Program-made: the position numbers and the translations under genes | The notes under the pieces: generated by a model | What the model was told of the DNA's origin: nothing | Databases searched by the model: none | The model's input: the letters and a program-made list of their open reading frames with translations, nothing else | Assembly: GCA_037141215.1 (NCBI GenBank) | Contig: JBAXDA010000001.1 | Location: 1 to 28,625, forward strand | Source: Candidatus Firestoneibacteriota bacterium | GTDB lineage: Bacteria > Oederibacteriota > D2-FULL-39-29 > CAIOVX01 | Length of the DNA: 28,625 bases | Reading direction: 5' to 3' | Shown: positions 27,830 through 28,625 of the stretch, piece after piece | Position numbering within the stretch: the first letter of the stretch is position 1 | Layout of the letters: every line of letters begins with the position of its first letter

Positions 27830-28555
27830 TTAAGACCTTAAAACTTTTAAAACTTTCTTCAGGTCTTCCGGTGTATCAACCGGGACCGTGTCATATTTTG
27901 TTACAACAGCTTTTATTCTGCAGCCGTTCTCCAGCGCTCTAAGTTGCTCAAGCTTTTCCGTCTTCTCCAGGCGTGATTGCGGCATTTTGACATACTTTAG
28001 CAAATAGTTTTTCTTGTAGACATACACCCCTATATGCTTGTAGAAGAAATCGAAGTTTTCGGCTCTCGCCTGTGAAGGTATGGGAGACCTGGAAAAATAA
28101 AGCGCGAAGCCGTCTTTGTCCAGGGCAACTTTGACTATATTGGGGTCTTCCATCATCTTTCTGTCGGTGACTTTACAGACAAGCGTGCTCATTTGAAGTG
28201 TCTTGTCTCTGTAAAAAGGAAGCACTGCTTCATCCAGGGCATCCGCGCGGATAAGCGGTTCATCGCCCTGAATATTCACTACTATGTCGGCCTTTAAACC
28301 CCGGACGGCTTCGGCTATTCTGTCTGTTCCGCTTTTGTGCCTGAGCCCGGTCATAACGGCGTTTCCGCCAAAATCCCTTACAATATTATAAATTTTTACA
28401 TGATCTGTAGCAACAAATATTTCGCTTATCGTTTCAGCTTTTCTGGCAGCCTCCCAGACATGCTGTATCATGGGTTTGCCGCCGATATCCGCAATTATTT
28501 TAGCGGGGAATCTGGTTGATCCCATTCTGGCGGGAATAACTCCGATTATTCTCAC
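27830..28555 (-). CDS. kdsB: CMP-KDO synthetase (3-deoxy-manno-octulosonate cytidylyltransferase)
   Basis: IPARMGSTRFPAK, SGTDRIAE, NIQGDEP, ALYFSRSPIP, KHIGVYVY, EKLEQLRALE, VDTPED; GTG start. Confidence 0.96.
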   Translation of the reverse strand: MRIIGVIPARMGSTRFPAKIIADIGGKPMIQHVWEAARKAETISEIFVATDHVKIYNIVRDFGGNAVMTGLRHKSGTDRIAEAVRGLKADIVVNIQGDEPLIRADALDEAVLPFYRDKTLQMSTLVCKVTDRKMMEDPNIVKVALDKDGFALYFSRSPIPSQARAENFDFFYKHIGVYVYKKNYLLKYVKMPQSRLEKTEKLEQLRALENGCRIKAVVTKYDTVPVDTPEDLKKVLKVLRS

Positions 28556-28625
28556 TTTAGCACTTCCCCCGTTTTACTGCTCCAGAGAGTTCCGCAGCAA
28601 TCTCTTGGGAGAGAGCCCCCATGCG

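Noticed and set aside
28556-28625. Possible 3' end of a minus-strand gene upstream of kdsB
   Set aside because: All three frames give short open stretches and none is recognisable, so it cannot be assigned.

Overview
Gene-dense, mostly housekeeping chromosomal window from a diderm (LPS/Kdo-making), probably anaerobic bacterium; the taxon cannot be fixed from sequence alone. Layout: (+) icd (cut at window edge)-mdh-fumarase alpha/beta-pyk; (-) Fhs-like gene-fchA-mreB-mreC-mreD-mrdA-rodA-B12 radical SAM/DUF2344 fusion; (-) def-fmt-htpX-iscU-mnmA-nadA; (+) pilT-family ATPase and an N-acylglucosamine 2-epimerase; (-) kdsB-pyrG-kdsA-kdsD-lptC-lptA-lptB. I found no tRNA, rRNA, CRISPR array, transposase or integrase. 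The main finding is a full-length, uninterrupted formate-tetrahydrofolate ligase (Fhs) homologue whose recognisable catalytic motifs are all replaced. It overlaps an intact fchA and leads the elongasome operon, so it is a candidate pseudo-enzyme with a new role. Secondary findings: a KdsA with several active-site substitutions, three near-consensus promoters that imply leaderless mRNAs, candidate switch-like leaders before pyrG and pyk, a lipoprotein-type LptC, and a PBP2 with KTA in place of KTG. All family assignments come from motif recognition by eye; no database search was run.
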